Assembly (NCBI GenBank): GCA_030704615.1
Contig: CM060733.1
Coordinates: 20,832,001 to 20,896,000 of the forward strand
Reading direction: 5' to 3'
Source of the DNA: Takakia lepidozioides
Lineage: Eukaryota; Plantae; Bryophyta
Length of the DNA stretch: 64,000 nt
Shown: in pieces, positions 13,050 through 25,050 of the stretch
Position numbering within the stretch: the first letter of the stretch is position 1
Layout: each line of letters starts with the position of its first letter
The notes under the pieces: model-generated
What the model saw: the letters and a program-made list of their open reading frames with translations, nothing else
What the model was told of the DNA's origin: nothing
Database searches by the model: none
Position numbers and translations under genes: made by a program

Positions 13050-13700
13050 AACATGTATAGGTGGGATAGGTCGAAAGGGGATGATGGATGTTGGGATGGT
13101 GACTGAGACGGGATAATGGTCTGAGTTGCATAAACTATTAATGTGTACATGACTATTGAGGTATGAGGGGATGTCATTTTGTGTCTTGAAGTAGAAACCA
13201 TCAAGAAGACTGAGGGATGAGTAGTTAAGTCCACCTTGTCTGGAGTAATGGTGATCGGCCGGTATATAACTGAGGTGGTGTGAGTGAGTGAATTTTGCTC
13301 ATTCATGGTCAACAGGGGATGGATGTTTGTGAACACCATTGTATGTGTGGCCCATGAGGGCAATGTCCCTGTTGAAATCGCCTGCTAGGATGTAGTGTTG
13401 GGATTGGTTGGAGGGTTGTGTGAGTGTGTTAGAGATGGTGAGTAGGATATCAGGGATCAGGGGGAGATCTTCAACATGTGAGGGCATGTACAAGTGGATA
13501 AGGATAATGGGAGGGATAGCGGGGAGGTGTAGTTTGATGATTTGAAGGTGTGATCGGAGGGAGAGAGCAACAGGTATTTTGACGTGTGTTGAGTTTAGTT
13601 TCTTGTAATAGAATGATATGCGGAGGTGTAGAGTCTGTTAGATGGATAAGGCTTTGAATGCTGGTAGCAAGTGACCCTACATTCCAGGTGAGTATATTGA
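13050..13700 (-). pseudogene. LINE apurinic-type endonuclease (APE) domain remnant
   Basis: LYMPSH..., HYILAGDFNRDI and the NSDHYPVS motif (~13100-13127). Confidence 0.85.
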
Positions 13701-13781
13701 GAGCGTGTGTTTGCTAGGAGGAGGGGGCGTGTGGGGGACTGTTGGGTCTAGGGGGTGTTGGAGGTGGGTCATTGGTGTGGC

Positions 13782-14886
13782 TAGGGTAACATTTAGGTGC
13801 TGCAAGTTATAGTTTGCTGCAGCCCTTTGGGTACCTTCCCGGACAGTGTTTAACCCTACAATGATGGCTGAGAATATGGTGACTTGTGAGGGACACCCAC
13901 ATCAGTTTTTAGGCCCTGGCTTACTTGGCTTCAACTTGTTAATAAACTTGGCAATGATGGCAAAGACCATGGTGGTTCATGTGGGACACACACATCAGCT
14001 TGTAGCCTTTTTTTGCTTTGTCTCGAGCCTTTGAGGTTTAACATACAAGTGCTGACTATGATGGCTTGTGTGGGACACACACATCAGTTCTTAGGCCTTG
14101 TTTAAACCTTTCAATGATGGCTGAGAAGATGGTGACTTGTGTGGGACACACACATTAATTCTTAGGCCATGGTCTAACTGGCTTTCAGCTTGTTAATAAA
14201 CATGGCAATGATGGCAAAGATTATGGTGGCTTGTGTGGGACACACACATCAGTTTTTAGGCCCTGGTCTATTTGGCTTTCAGCTTGTTAATAAACCTGGC
14301 AATAATGGCAAAGATCATGATGGTTCGTGTGGGACACAAACGTCAGTTTGTGGGTCCTGTTTTGCTTTGTCTCCAACCTGTTAGATTAAACATACAGGTG
14401 CTGAATATGATGGCTTGTGTGGGACACACACATCAGTTTTTAGGCCCTGATTAACCTTACAATGATGGCAAAGATTATGATGGTTTGTGGGACACACACA
14501 TCAGTTTTTTGGCCGTGGTTTACTTGGCTTTCGTCTTGATAATAAACCTGGCAATGACGGCAAAGATTATGGTGGTTTATGTGGGACACACACATCAATA
14601 TGGCCAAGTGGCCAAGTGCCCACCATCCCACCCATACCTCTGAATGTATATCCTGATTATGACTGGTGTTCAATCAGTATTTTTACTTACGCTTTGGGTT
14701 ATGAAGATTATTGACATGAACACATTATTGTGCATGGAGGTAATTCTGGATTTTCCAGCTTGATGATTGATGGATGGTGCCACTGAAAAGTGGCTGATAT
14801 GTCTGATTATTCTTATTTTTCCTGACAACGACCCTAGGGGTCTTGTCCTTGTCTTGACATGACAAAAGTATCTTCCCTCTCCCTCT
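13782..14886 (+). mobile_element. Modular repeat subtype B copy 1, right part
   Basis: 14600-14886 matches 21030-21310; ends with the GACCCTAGGGGTC hairpin and TATCTTCCCTC. Confidence 0.8.
13850..14600 (+). repeat. Minisatellite of about 9 units of 70-95 bp
   Basis: Recurring ATGATGGC...GTGGGACACACACATCAGTTTTTAGGCC. Confidence 0.9.
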
Positions 14887-14889
14887 ATA

Positions 14890-16060
14890 ACTCTTTGGAT
14901 TTCATCTGGCCTTAACCTTTTTTATGCTGGTTATTTGGTTTTTCATCCCAATCTTTTTTCATCCAAATTTGGATGATATTATTGTAGGATGATGAAAATT
15001 ACTGTGCAGAAATCTTGGTTTATCATTTTTTCATCCAAATTGGATGAACTCCATGAATGATGGTGACCTATTTTAATCCAAGAGATAGTAATTTTACCAT
15101 CATTTATTATAAATGATGGCAGTTATTAAGCCTGAGCCTATACCCTAACCCTAAAAGTTACCTTTTTAATGGATGTCATCCATTGACAAATGCATCTCTT
15201 GCTAGAATACGATTTTTCATACCCCTTGGATGAGAAATCGGGGATCTGTGCCCTAAACAGGTCGACACCTTTCACAGCACATAACTTGTGCTTCAAGGAT
15301 CCTTGATGATGCGCCGTGTAAATCTGCTCTCCAGCTGCTGCATGGTACCATGATGGCTAGCTCTTGGGATGCGCATTGACGGTTATGCAGATCTATAGAT
15401 TACATATGGCTCTTTCACTTTGTATGAGCTCTTCTCTATCTGTGAACCCTTCTACTTTGATTGCGTTCTGTTGGAGACGATCTGTTGGACGCCATGGCGC
15501 AGGGCATACCGCAAACACTCAAGGTCTTTTGAGGTTACCGTTGCTTGAATTGTGATCTGTATTTTCTTTAGAATTCAGCACTAACATGGATAGCAACTGT
15601 GAAGACCTACCACTCACCTGATGCATCCTCACTAACACACATCTCTATGTGGTGGTTTTTGGGACGGGCACAAGTGAGGGTCTTCACCTGTCTTGATTTC
15701 TTGAAGCTTGCAGTTCCTATTCTTGCAAATGTGGGTGTTGCTGTTGCCTACTACTGAGCCTGTTGCTGCTTCAAAACTGCCACCATACGGATGCAAACCT
15801 ACTTCAACTTGGCTCCAATGAGGATCTACTTCTACTCCTTACCTTGTTTTTGGTTTCTTGCAACCATATCTACATGGCAGGAGGTAGGGCATACATGAGG
15901 CTTCATAGAAAGCAATCTACTGGTTCCTCTACTGCCCCTTTTCTTTCATGTTTCAACTCGGGTATAATGTAACAGCTGGTACCTTGGCTGCATTGAAATT
16001 CAGCTCTAGAAGGAAACCATTTGGCTGGTTATTAAGAGACTGTTATGCCTTAGTAGACAA
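14890..16060 (+). mobile_element. Modular repeat subtype C
   Basis: TTCATCC..GGATGA array at 14940-15240, CCCTAACCCTAA at ~15143, structured motif at 15599-15687; bounded by CT-rich runs. Confidence 0.6.
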
Positions 16061-16214
16061 CACCCCCTCTCACTCCCTCTCTCTGTCCATCTCTCTCCCC
16101 CTCTCCCTTTCCCCCCCCTCTCTCTCTCTCTCCTCTCTTTTGTGCTGCTCACAAAACAAAACAAACCACAGAGGGAAAGAGGGGGTAGAAAAAGTTAAAA
16201 AGAGAGAGGGAGAG

Positions 16215-18860
16215 AGTGGGAAGATATTCATGTCATGTCAAGACATGGACAAGACATGGACAAGACCCTACTAGGGTCATTGTCAATTAAAGACATAAAC
16301 AGCCCATAAACAGGGCACCGTCTAGTACTTCCATTATAGTCATGACTTCCCAATTGATTTCACCCAATCATTCATGAGACAACAGGGTGGGAGGGCGGGG
16401 TTTGTTTATGTACAGGTCATGACAACAAGACAAGCATATAAGCAAACATCTTGTGTACTGAAAAATCTGATTGCTGCAGCCTGTCATACCCTTTCCTGAC
16501 ATCATAATTACAACAACACATGCATTCTAGAGCAAAACATCTTGTGTATGTGAAGCCAACCTGCAATATTACAGATTCAAGACATGCCCTTTAAGCAAAC
16601 ATCTTGGGTATGACAAAATAATTTGCAGCTACCTTATTAGTATTACCCCAAGACATGCATCATGCAAGGCATCTTGGGCAAGTAAGAACAACCTGCCATA
16701 TTACAAATTCAAGATATGTACACACAAGCATCTTGATGGACCAGCCTGCAGTTTGGGCAAATTCCAAGCATGCAACCAAATAACCCTCTTGGGCATGACA
16801 AAGCATATTGCAGCCTCATTCTTTACCATTTGTAATTACCCCAAGACATGCATCATGCAAGGCCCCTTGGGTAGGTAAGAACAGCCTGCCATACTACAGA
16901 TTCAAGACATGTATACACAAGCATCTTGATGGACCAGCCTGCAGTTTTTCAGTTTCCAAACATGCAACCAAATAAACCTTTTAGGAATGACAAGACAGAT
17001 TGCAGCCTCATTCTATACCATTCATAATTTCCCCAAGACATGCATCCTGCCATATTACAGATTCAAGATATGGACACACAAACATCTTGAGTGCCCGGGA
17101 CCAAGCCTTCTTGGCCAAAAAATAATCCATACATTGCAGGTAACTGGCCTGATGGCAAGACAAGGCTAATAATCTTTGGCAAAGGTCCAGTAGAGCTTAC
17201 CAACACTGTTTTCCAGGAGGCTTATGCCAAGGTTTGCAAATAAACCTCACTATGCTCCATTCCACAACAGATTTAGGTCTGAAAGAGGCCTGTCAGTGCC
17301 TTATCAGGCTGCCATCTTAAAAATCAGGGCCTCCTCTTCCTTAGAACCTGACAGCCACTGAGGCCTTACCCATAAAACTCAACTCCTCTTTAAGGCCAAA
17401 ACAGTATCTAGCTTAATAATCCACAGGCACCGCTGTCATTACAAGAAAAGGTAAGGTCCAAATGTTGGGCTTCAAGAGACAGGCCTGCCAGGCCGAAATG
17501 CTCTATCAAAGGCAGCAAAACATAAGTCAAAAGTAAGCATGAGCATGCCAAACCAGGAGCAAGCGGGCCGAAATCGGGGCTGCAGGCAGCAGTCAGGTCA
17601 AGACACCATACACAATAGGTTCCCTTTGCCCACATCCATATCTGCAAGCTCAAGAGAATTCAAAGCAAGTAGGGATCCTTAGCTGGTCCCATCACAAGCC
17701 CCCACAAAAACCAACAGGTTAGTGAGGATTGTGGAACCCCAGGTGAATCACAGACCCCTACACTTGTCATCGACGTCAACTAAGAACCTCAAAAGCAAGA
17801 GAGAAAGACATAAAACAAAAAGAACCCTAATCACCAAAAGCACCTTGGGCGATTGAGGAAGAGAACTGTGCGCCATCACCACCAGCAAGCCACCTCAGCA
17901 AAGCAAAGGAGAAGTGAAGCATACAAGCACACTTGCTAGGTTTAAGAAGGGAGAGAGAAAGATACTTCCCCACACAAGCGCCGCTGCAAAAATTAAAAGC
18001 CAGAGGAGGGAAAGAGACGATGCATTCACAGCATTGTCTCCCGCCTGTAAGGAAAAACAAAGCGCCGCCATTGCCCATCTCCAGGAGATCGCCCAACACG
18101 GGTACGATACAGCAAACAGGGTAGCAGCAAAACGCAGATGCCATAACGCTCTTCCCGCAAGCTCAGAAGCACTGCTCGTGCTTCTGACGGCGGGAGAGAC
18201 ATCCTAGGGCTCTTGCCCGATTTTTCATCCGTGCAGGATGGTAAATCAACACCACATCCTTTAAAACCCGACGGATTTTATCCGTAGCTAGGTTAAACGG
18301 TAGGTTTTAGGGTAGGGGTTAGGGTTTCACACCTTAACTAACCATAATTAGGGGTAATCAATATCAGTCCAGGGCCATCAAAAGCTGTACACCTCAAAAA
18401 TTATTGAGTTCATCCGTTGGAAAAAAATCCAATAGTAGGATGAAAAAACAGGAAATAATATCCAAGGCTTGGTTTTCTATCCTCACAGGTAATTCCACAT
18501 CCCAAACATGCCTCATCCGGCACCGATGAAAAAGCAATGAAAGAGGAATGAAAAAATTAATATCGTGGTATTTTTCATCCGGTATGGATGGAAAAATAGG
18601 ATGCCAGTGGCAACCCCCATAGTGGTAATTCCTCATTCTCTGGTGACTCAGCCGGTGTGGATGAAAGTCAATAAAAGAGGAATGAAAAATCAGAGACTCA
18701 TCTTAGAGGTAATTCAGTGTCCACCCTGGTAGTTCATCCGATATGGATGAAAAATCATTATAGGATGGGTGGAAAAACTGCCAGAGTCCATCCGGTATGG
18801 ATGAAAACACAGGAAATTAACACTGAGAAAACCGGCCAATTCCAAGGATGGAGGGAGACA
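16215..18860 (-). mobile_element. Modular repeat subtype A, inverted copy
   Basis: Reverse-complement similarity to 22200-24440; internal ~190-bp degenerate tandem repeats at 16520-17090. Confidence 0.8.
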
Positions 18861-18864
18861 GAGG

Positions 18865-19010
18865 GAAAGAGGGGGCAACAAAGGAAAAGAAAAAAGAAAA
18901 AAGAAAATGGGGTGGGGGGGAATGACCGAGCAGCTACAGCTGCTGAGCAAAACCTGTTCAGTCACTCCCCCCACCATTTTTTATTTTTTATTTTTTATTT
19001 TGTCCTGATC
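18865..19010. repeat. Palindromic hub joining subtype A (minus) and subtype B (plus) head to head
   Basis: GGGGAATGACCGAGCAG...CTGTTCAGTCACTCCCC flanked by A-rich and T-rich arms. Confidence 0.7.
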
Positions 19011-19014
19011 TCTC

Positions 19015-21310
19015 CCTCTGGAAACTGGGATTATGGAATTGTTGTCCCGACTTCCATCTTTGAGGAAATTGAAAAAAATTGAAAAATTGGGTTGCAGGGA
19101 ATTTTGGATGTTTTTCATCCAAAATACAAAAAAAATAAATCCTAGTGAAATATTTCTTTACTAAAATACCTGTGAGTTGCAAAACTCCCGTCAGTTTCTA
19201 CTTTTTCAATCCAACCTGGATGAAAAAAGGACTTCATCTGACAGGACCTAAATACGGGGCAAGACAGGTATAAACCCCCGATGTTTTTCATCTAACCTAG
19301 ATGAAATACGGACTACATCCGTTGAGTGCAAGACAGGATGAAAGCACGATGTCTTTCATCTTCCGCGAATGAGAAACGGACAAAGTCCGTCGGGCGGACA
19401 GACTAGCAGATGTTTTTCATCCTGAGAAGGATGAATGACGGGCCAAACAGGGGAAAACCCTGCGCAACCCTAATGTCTCTCTTTTTGCGCTGCGAGAGCG
19501 CGCGCGATAACGGCTTGTGAGGAGCGATGGTGCTCGTGCTGTAGATACCTTGAGTGTTTATGGCTCATGTGAGCGCCGCCTAGGCGGGCTCTTTAAGGCG
19601 GTGGCTTAGAGATGAGGGAAGATTCACTGTCTCAGTTGTCTGTTTTTTTTGCTGCACAAGGGAACCGCGGCAGTGATGGCGGAGGTACCACCTGCATGCT
19701 TATGACGTTTCCCTAGGAGCCCTCCTCTGGATCTTTGATGAATGGCGGCGTCTTGGTAGAACAAGGAAGTCTCTCTTCCTCCCTTTATAAACCCTACCTT
19801 TTGAGACCAAGCTCTTTTTTCTTGTGTTTGGCAAGACTTTGCTTTGGTTAAGGTAGCAGTGTTGTGGTGTTGGCGGAGTCCTCCTTGCACGGTTAGGCTT
19901 GTGGAGAGATGACGACTCTCCCCTAGACAGTAAAAAAGGTTTTTTTTCTGTTTGTTTTGCTTCCCTGCATTCTTTGGCATTCTCTGTGCTTAGATTGAAG
20001 TGTATTTGACCTCGATAGCAAGTGTGGAAGCCTGTTACTCACCTCGTGCATCCTCACTAACTCACAATGCGTTGTGGTTGTTTTTGGGATGGGCACAGGT
20101 GAGGGCTTCCACTTAATATTCTGATGTCTAGGTGCTGCTGGATGCCAAGTGGGATTGCAGAGCAGGGGAAGGAATCGCTTGCCAGAGACTCATCTTAAAA
20201 TGTTGAAAAACTAAACTACTCTATGGTTTTTCTTGATCCTACCTCTTTCCTTCCTTGATTTTTGAAGAACAAGTGTAATGCTTTCTACGATGGGCTAGTT
20301 CGGCCCAACCAGTGGAAAACCTCTGTTATGTGGTGACAGCCTAATTTATGATGGCTTGTGTGAGAGACACACATCTGTTTTCCAGGCCCTAGTTTGCTTT
20401 GCTTACCTTATGGTAGATGGAAACAAAGTGAGAGGCTGCAAGGAAATGGTTGCTACAGCTACTCGGCTACCTCTGTTGGTAAAAGACCCATGTTATGTTC
20501 CAACCTAGATGGCTGCTTAGGCCAGGGTATGGTGAAGTTTCTGCCTGTGGCTATTCGGCTGACACTGAAATATGGCAGTAATATAAATGGTAACTGGTTT
20601 TTGAGGCAGCCAGGGTGGTCAAGTGGAAATACCCCCTGGACATGGTGTAATGACATGGTCAAATGTGGAATGATGTGAAGGATGTACTGACAGTATCATA
20701 TACTGTCACAGGATGTGTATGCAGTCCTTTATATTTACCTTGCTGTGTCATGAACTTTGATTTTCAGCTGTAGCAAGAAATAAAGGTATAGGGGTATTCT
20801 GGAAAACTTACCAGACATATCCACATCCCCTGTGGGGGCAAGCTGTACTGCACACTAGTCTAAACAAATACTGGCAAGGCAAGGTATTTAAATATGTGAT
20901 ATCCAAGTGTTCATTTCTTTTTTTAGAAAACCCTCCATGACACCCATGGGGTTTTAGTAAGTATGCTTGGATTACAACTTGCAAACAGTAAATCTGTATG
21001 ATTATGTGACCTGCACCATATCAAGGCCAAAATATGGCCAGGTACCCGCCATCCCACCCAGACCTCTGTAAGTGTATCACGATCTTGACTGGTGGTCAAT
21101 CAACATCAGTGGCATACCCTTTGGGTTATGAATAATACTGACATGAACACATTACTGTGCATGGATGTAATTATGGATTTTCTAAGCTTGATGATTGATG
21201 GATGGTGCCACTGTTAAGTGGCTGATATGTCTATTTATTCTTTCATGACAACGACCCTAGGGGTCCTGTCTTTGTCTTGACATGACAAAAAGTATCTTCC
21301 CTCTCTCCCT
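19015..21310 (+). mobile_element. Modular repeat subtype B copy 2 (uninterrupted)
   Basis: Colinear with 660-2107 plus 13782-14886. Confidence 0.8.
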
Positions 21311-21314
21311 CTCT

Positions 21315-22075
21315 TTTAAGCTCCCGACGAGATGAGCTTAAGGTCAGATGGTGGGGTCAGCTGCAGCATATGTCCAACACCAGATATCCTAAGTCAATCT
21401 ACTCTATATCTTGGAAACAAGACCGCCCTGTCAAACAGGCTAAGCCCTGGCAGAAGAGAGTAGAAGAGATTCTCAAGGATCTGAATCTGGACCCGCAAGT
21501 CTTGACCTTGCTGGATAAATCTGACTTGGAGAATGTAGTGTCCAAAGCCATGTCTGTTACTAGAAAATTGTCCGATGAAAATGAAGTTAGGAAGAAAACT
21601 TCCCTGAACCTGTTTCCAGTCTGTGACATGGGGGAGGACATCATGGATGCGCTCAAAGGGTCTATTCCACTCTTGACACCAGACTGAAATTTATACTCAG
21701 GGCAGGAATCCTACTTTTGAACAGTAAACAGAAGCAGAGAGGAAAGGGAGAGTGCAATTGCCCGTTGTGTGGGCAACCTGAAGACAGTATTCATTTTCTA
21801 ATGTCTAGGGTTCTCTCACCAAAGAGATGCTCTCTTCAAAACTATCAAGGGAATTGTGCATGTACCTCTATTTACCAACTTTGAAAGTCTCGAGGCTGAG
21901 CCAAAAGCCCAGCCCCTTCTGAGGCCTAGTTTTTGGGCAAATCACACACAACAGATTGATGCTTTGTGTGAAGGGTTTCTAGAGGATAACTGGAAAACCC
22001 GGATTAATTCTATATGTGAAGGTAAGTCTTACTACCAACATCAGCCCCTGACAGAGGTAGGATCTGTCATTTTTG
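21315..22075 (+). pseudogene. 3' fragment of a non-LTR retrotransposon ORF (post-RT region with CCHC-like knuckle), copy 1
   Basis: RWWGQLQHMSNTRYPK..W, LKFILRAG..CNCPLCGQPEDSIHFL; near-identical to 24450-25050. Confidence 0.7.
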
Positions 22076-22083
22076 TTTCCCCA

Positions 22084-22175
22084 AGAGAGGGGGCAACAAA
22101 GAAAAAAAGAGGTGACTGAGCAGCAGCAGCTACTCCCCCCCCCCCACCTTCTTTTCTTTTCTTTGTTGCCCCCTG
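22084..22175. repeat. Palindromic hub, copy 3
   Basis: AGGGGGCAACAAAG ... CTTTGTTGCCCCCT inverted arms around GTGACTGAGCAG. Confidence 0.7.
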
Positions 22176-22199
22176 ATGTCTCCCTCTCACTCTCTCCCT

Positions 22200-24440
22200 C
22201 TGTCTCTGTCTCTCCTGGGAACCGGCAAGTTGTTATCAGTGTTGATTTCCTGTTTTTTCACCCATACCGGATGAAGTTTTGACAGAGTTTCATCCATCCT
22301 CTATTGGTTTTTCATCCATACCGGATGAGCCACCAGGATGGACACTGAATTACCGTTATGATGGTTTTATTTTATTTTTTCATTCCTCTTTTATTGACTC
22401 TCATCCATACCGGATGAGTCACCAATGAATGAAAAATTACCTCTATGAAGGTTGCCAACAACATCCTGTTTTTCATCCATACCGGTTGAAAAGCTACCAG
22501 GATTATAATTTTTCATTCCTCTTTCATTGACTTTATTATCCATACCGGGTGGTCTGATAATGAATGATGAATTACCTAGGTGGAGGTAAACTGCTGCCAC
22601 AGATGATATTCCCTACTTTTCATCTTGACAATGGATGACGAGTATAGATGATTATGTCCTGGAATTGATCTTAACTACCCCTAATTATGATTAATTACGG
22701 GGTAAAACCCTAACCCCTACCCTAAAACCTATTTTTAACTCTGCTACGGATGAAATCCGTCAGGGTAGAAGAATGTTTTTTACTGTTTTTCATCCACGGA
22801 TGAAAAATCGAGCAGAAAAACCCTATGTTGTCTCTCCCGCTGTCAGAAGCACGCGATGTGCTTCTGAGCTCGAGGGGAGAGTGTTATGGCGGACGTGCTT
22901 TTGTGGCTGCCCTGTTTGTGGTGTCATACCCGTGCTGGGCGAGCGCTTGGGGATGCACGAAGGCGGCGCCTTGTCTCTCTAGCAGTTGGAAACACTGCTG
23001 TAAATGCAATGGCATCTTCCCTCCTCTGGCTTTTAATTTTAGTAGTGGCATTTGTGCTGGGAAGTCTCTCTCCTTCCCTTATATTGCCTTGCGAGTTTGT
23101 CTGCTTTGCTTCATTGCTCATGTGCTTTGTGGAGGCGGCTTGCTGCGGGTGGTGATGGCGCATAACCCTCTTCCCCAATCGCTGAAGGTGCCTTTGGAGT
23201 TTAGGGATCCTTGTGTTTTTATCTTCTTCTCTTGCTTTTGAGATTCTTAGTTGACATCGATGACAAGTGTGAGGGTCTGTGATTCACCTAGGGTTCCACA
23301 ATCCTCACTAATCCGTTGATTTTGTGGGGGCTTGTGATGAGACCAAGTGAGGATCCTCACCTACTTTGAAATTTCTTGAGCATGCAGTTGGGGATATGGG
23401 CTGAGGAGACCTGTAAGTTATCGCGCCTTGAAGTGGTGGCTGCCTGCAGCCCCAAATTCAACCCGACTACTCCTGGTTTGCCATGCTACAGCCTATGTTT
23501 TGGCTTTTGTTGTTCTGCTGTCGATGGGGCAGCTCGACCTGTCTGGCTTGTCTCCAGAGGCCTGCATATAGACCATACCCTATCTTTTGATCCTTGATAG
23601 CAGGGCCTGTGGATTAATGAGCTAGGTTGTAATTTCTTTGGGCCATAGAGGATCTGGTTTTATGGGGGCTGCCTCGGCGGGTTTGGGACTCTAAGGACGT
23701 GGTGGCCTTGAATCTTATGGCGGCAGCATGATAAGGCACCGACCTGCTCCTTTTCGGGCTTGTTTCTGGTGTGTGATGGATCATAGTGAGGTGTTCTTTG
23801 CAAGCTTATGCATGGACCTCTTGAAGGATGAAGATGGTAAGCTGTAATGGAATCCTACCTATAGTCTTGGCCTTATCATGACATCAGGCCTATGACCTGC
23901 AATCTGAGTTTTCAAGATGCTTGTGTGTACATGTCTTGAATTTGCAATATGACAGGCTGATCTCACATTCCCTTGACGCCTTATATGATTACACGTCTTG
24001 GGGTGATTACAAATGGTATGGAATCTGTTTTATCATGCCCAAGTGGATTGCTTGGAGGCATGTCCTGAGTCTGAAATATTGCAGGTTGGTCCTTATGCTT
24101 TGCTTGATGCATGACCCTATGTAATAAAAAGCTGATAAGGTAAGGTGCTGCAATCTGTGATTATGACCTTGTCATGACACCAGGCTCGTGACCTGCAATT
24201 TAATGATCCATTGGCCAAGATGGCCAGATCTCGAGTGTTCAAGATGCTTGTATCCCCTACATGAACAAACCCCGCTCTCCCACCCTGTTTTATCATGACT
24301 GATTGGGTGATGTCAATTCATGGGAAGCTATGACAAGAATGGAAATGTTAGATGGTGCCCTGTTTTGGGCTCTTTAATTGACAATGACCCTAGTGGGTCT
24401 TGTCCGTGTCTTTACATGACATGAATATCTTCCCTCCCTT
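22200..24440 (+). mobile_element. Modular repeat subtype A, forward copy
   Basis: Palindrome array at 22255-22810, AAACCCTAACCCCTACCCTAAA at ~22705, structured motif at 23269-23360, terminal GACCCTAGTGGGTC hairpin. Confidence 0.8.
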
Positions 24441-24449
24441 CTGTGCTGC

Positions 24450-25050
24450 TCTCTTTTAAGCTCCCGACGAGATGAGCTTAAGGTTAGATGGTGGGTTCAG
24501 CTGCAACATATGTCCAACACCAGTTAATCGACTCTATATCTTGGAAACAGGACCGCCCTATCAAATAGGCTAAGTCCTAACAGAAGAGAGTAGAAGAGAT
24601 TCTCAAGGATCTGAATCTGGACCCGCAAGTTTTGACCTTGCTGGATAAATCTGACTTAGAGAGTGTAGTGTCCAAAGCCATGTCTGTTACCAGAAAAAAT
24701 TGTCCGATGAAAATGAAGTTAGGAAGAAAACTTCCCTGAACCTGTTTCCAGTCTGTGACATAGGGGAGGACATCATGGATGCGCTCAAGGGTCTATCCCA
24801 CTCTTGGCACCAGACTGAAATTTATACTCAGGGCAGGAAGCCTACCTTTGAACAGTAAACAGAAGCAGAGAGGAAAGGGAGAGTGCAATTGCCCGTTGTG
24901 TGGGCAACCTGAAGACAATATTCATTTTCTGATGTCCGGGGTCCTCTCACCAAAGAGACGCTCTCTTCAAATCTATCAAGGGAATTGTGCACGTACCTCT
25001 ATTTACCAACTTTGAAAGTCTCGAAGCTGAGCCATTTGAAAGCCCAACCC
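24450..25050 (+). pseudogene. 3' fragment of the same non-LTR retrotransposon, copy 2
   Basis: Same 5' breakpoint (CTCTTTTAAGCTCCCGACGAG) as 21315; CPLCGQPEDNIHFL. Confidence 0.7.

Larger units (their letters stand above)
2108..13781 (-). mobile_element. Degenerate, 5'-truncated non-LTR retrotransposon with APE + RT + chromodomain + RNase H + CCHC/RLE (Dualen/RandI-like), interrupted by a CACTA element
   Basis: Domains lie in order on the minus strand; imperfect TSD TAGGGTAA(A)CAT at 2096-2107 and 13782-13792; many frameshifts and stops. Confidence 0.85.

Noticed and set aside
18300-22732. Interstitial telomere (TTTAGGG/CCCTAAA tracts)
   Set aside because: Only 2-4 imperfect units at a fixed position inside repeat modules; better read as telo-box-like sequence
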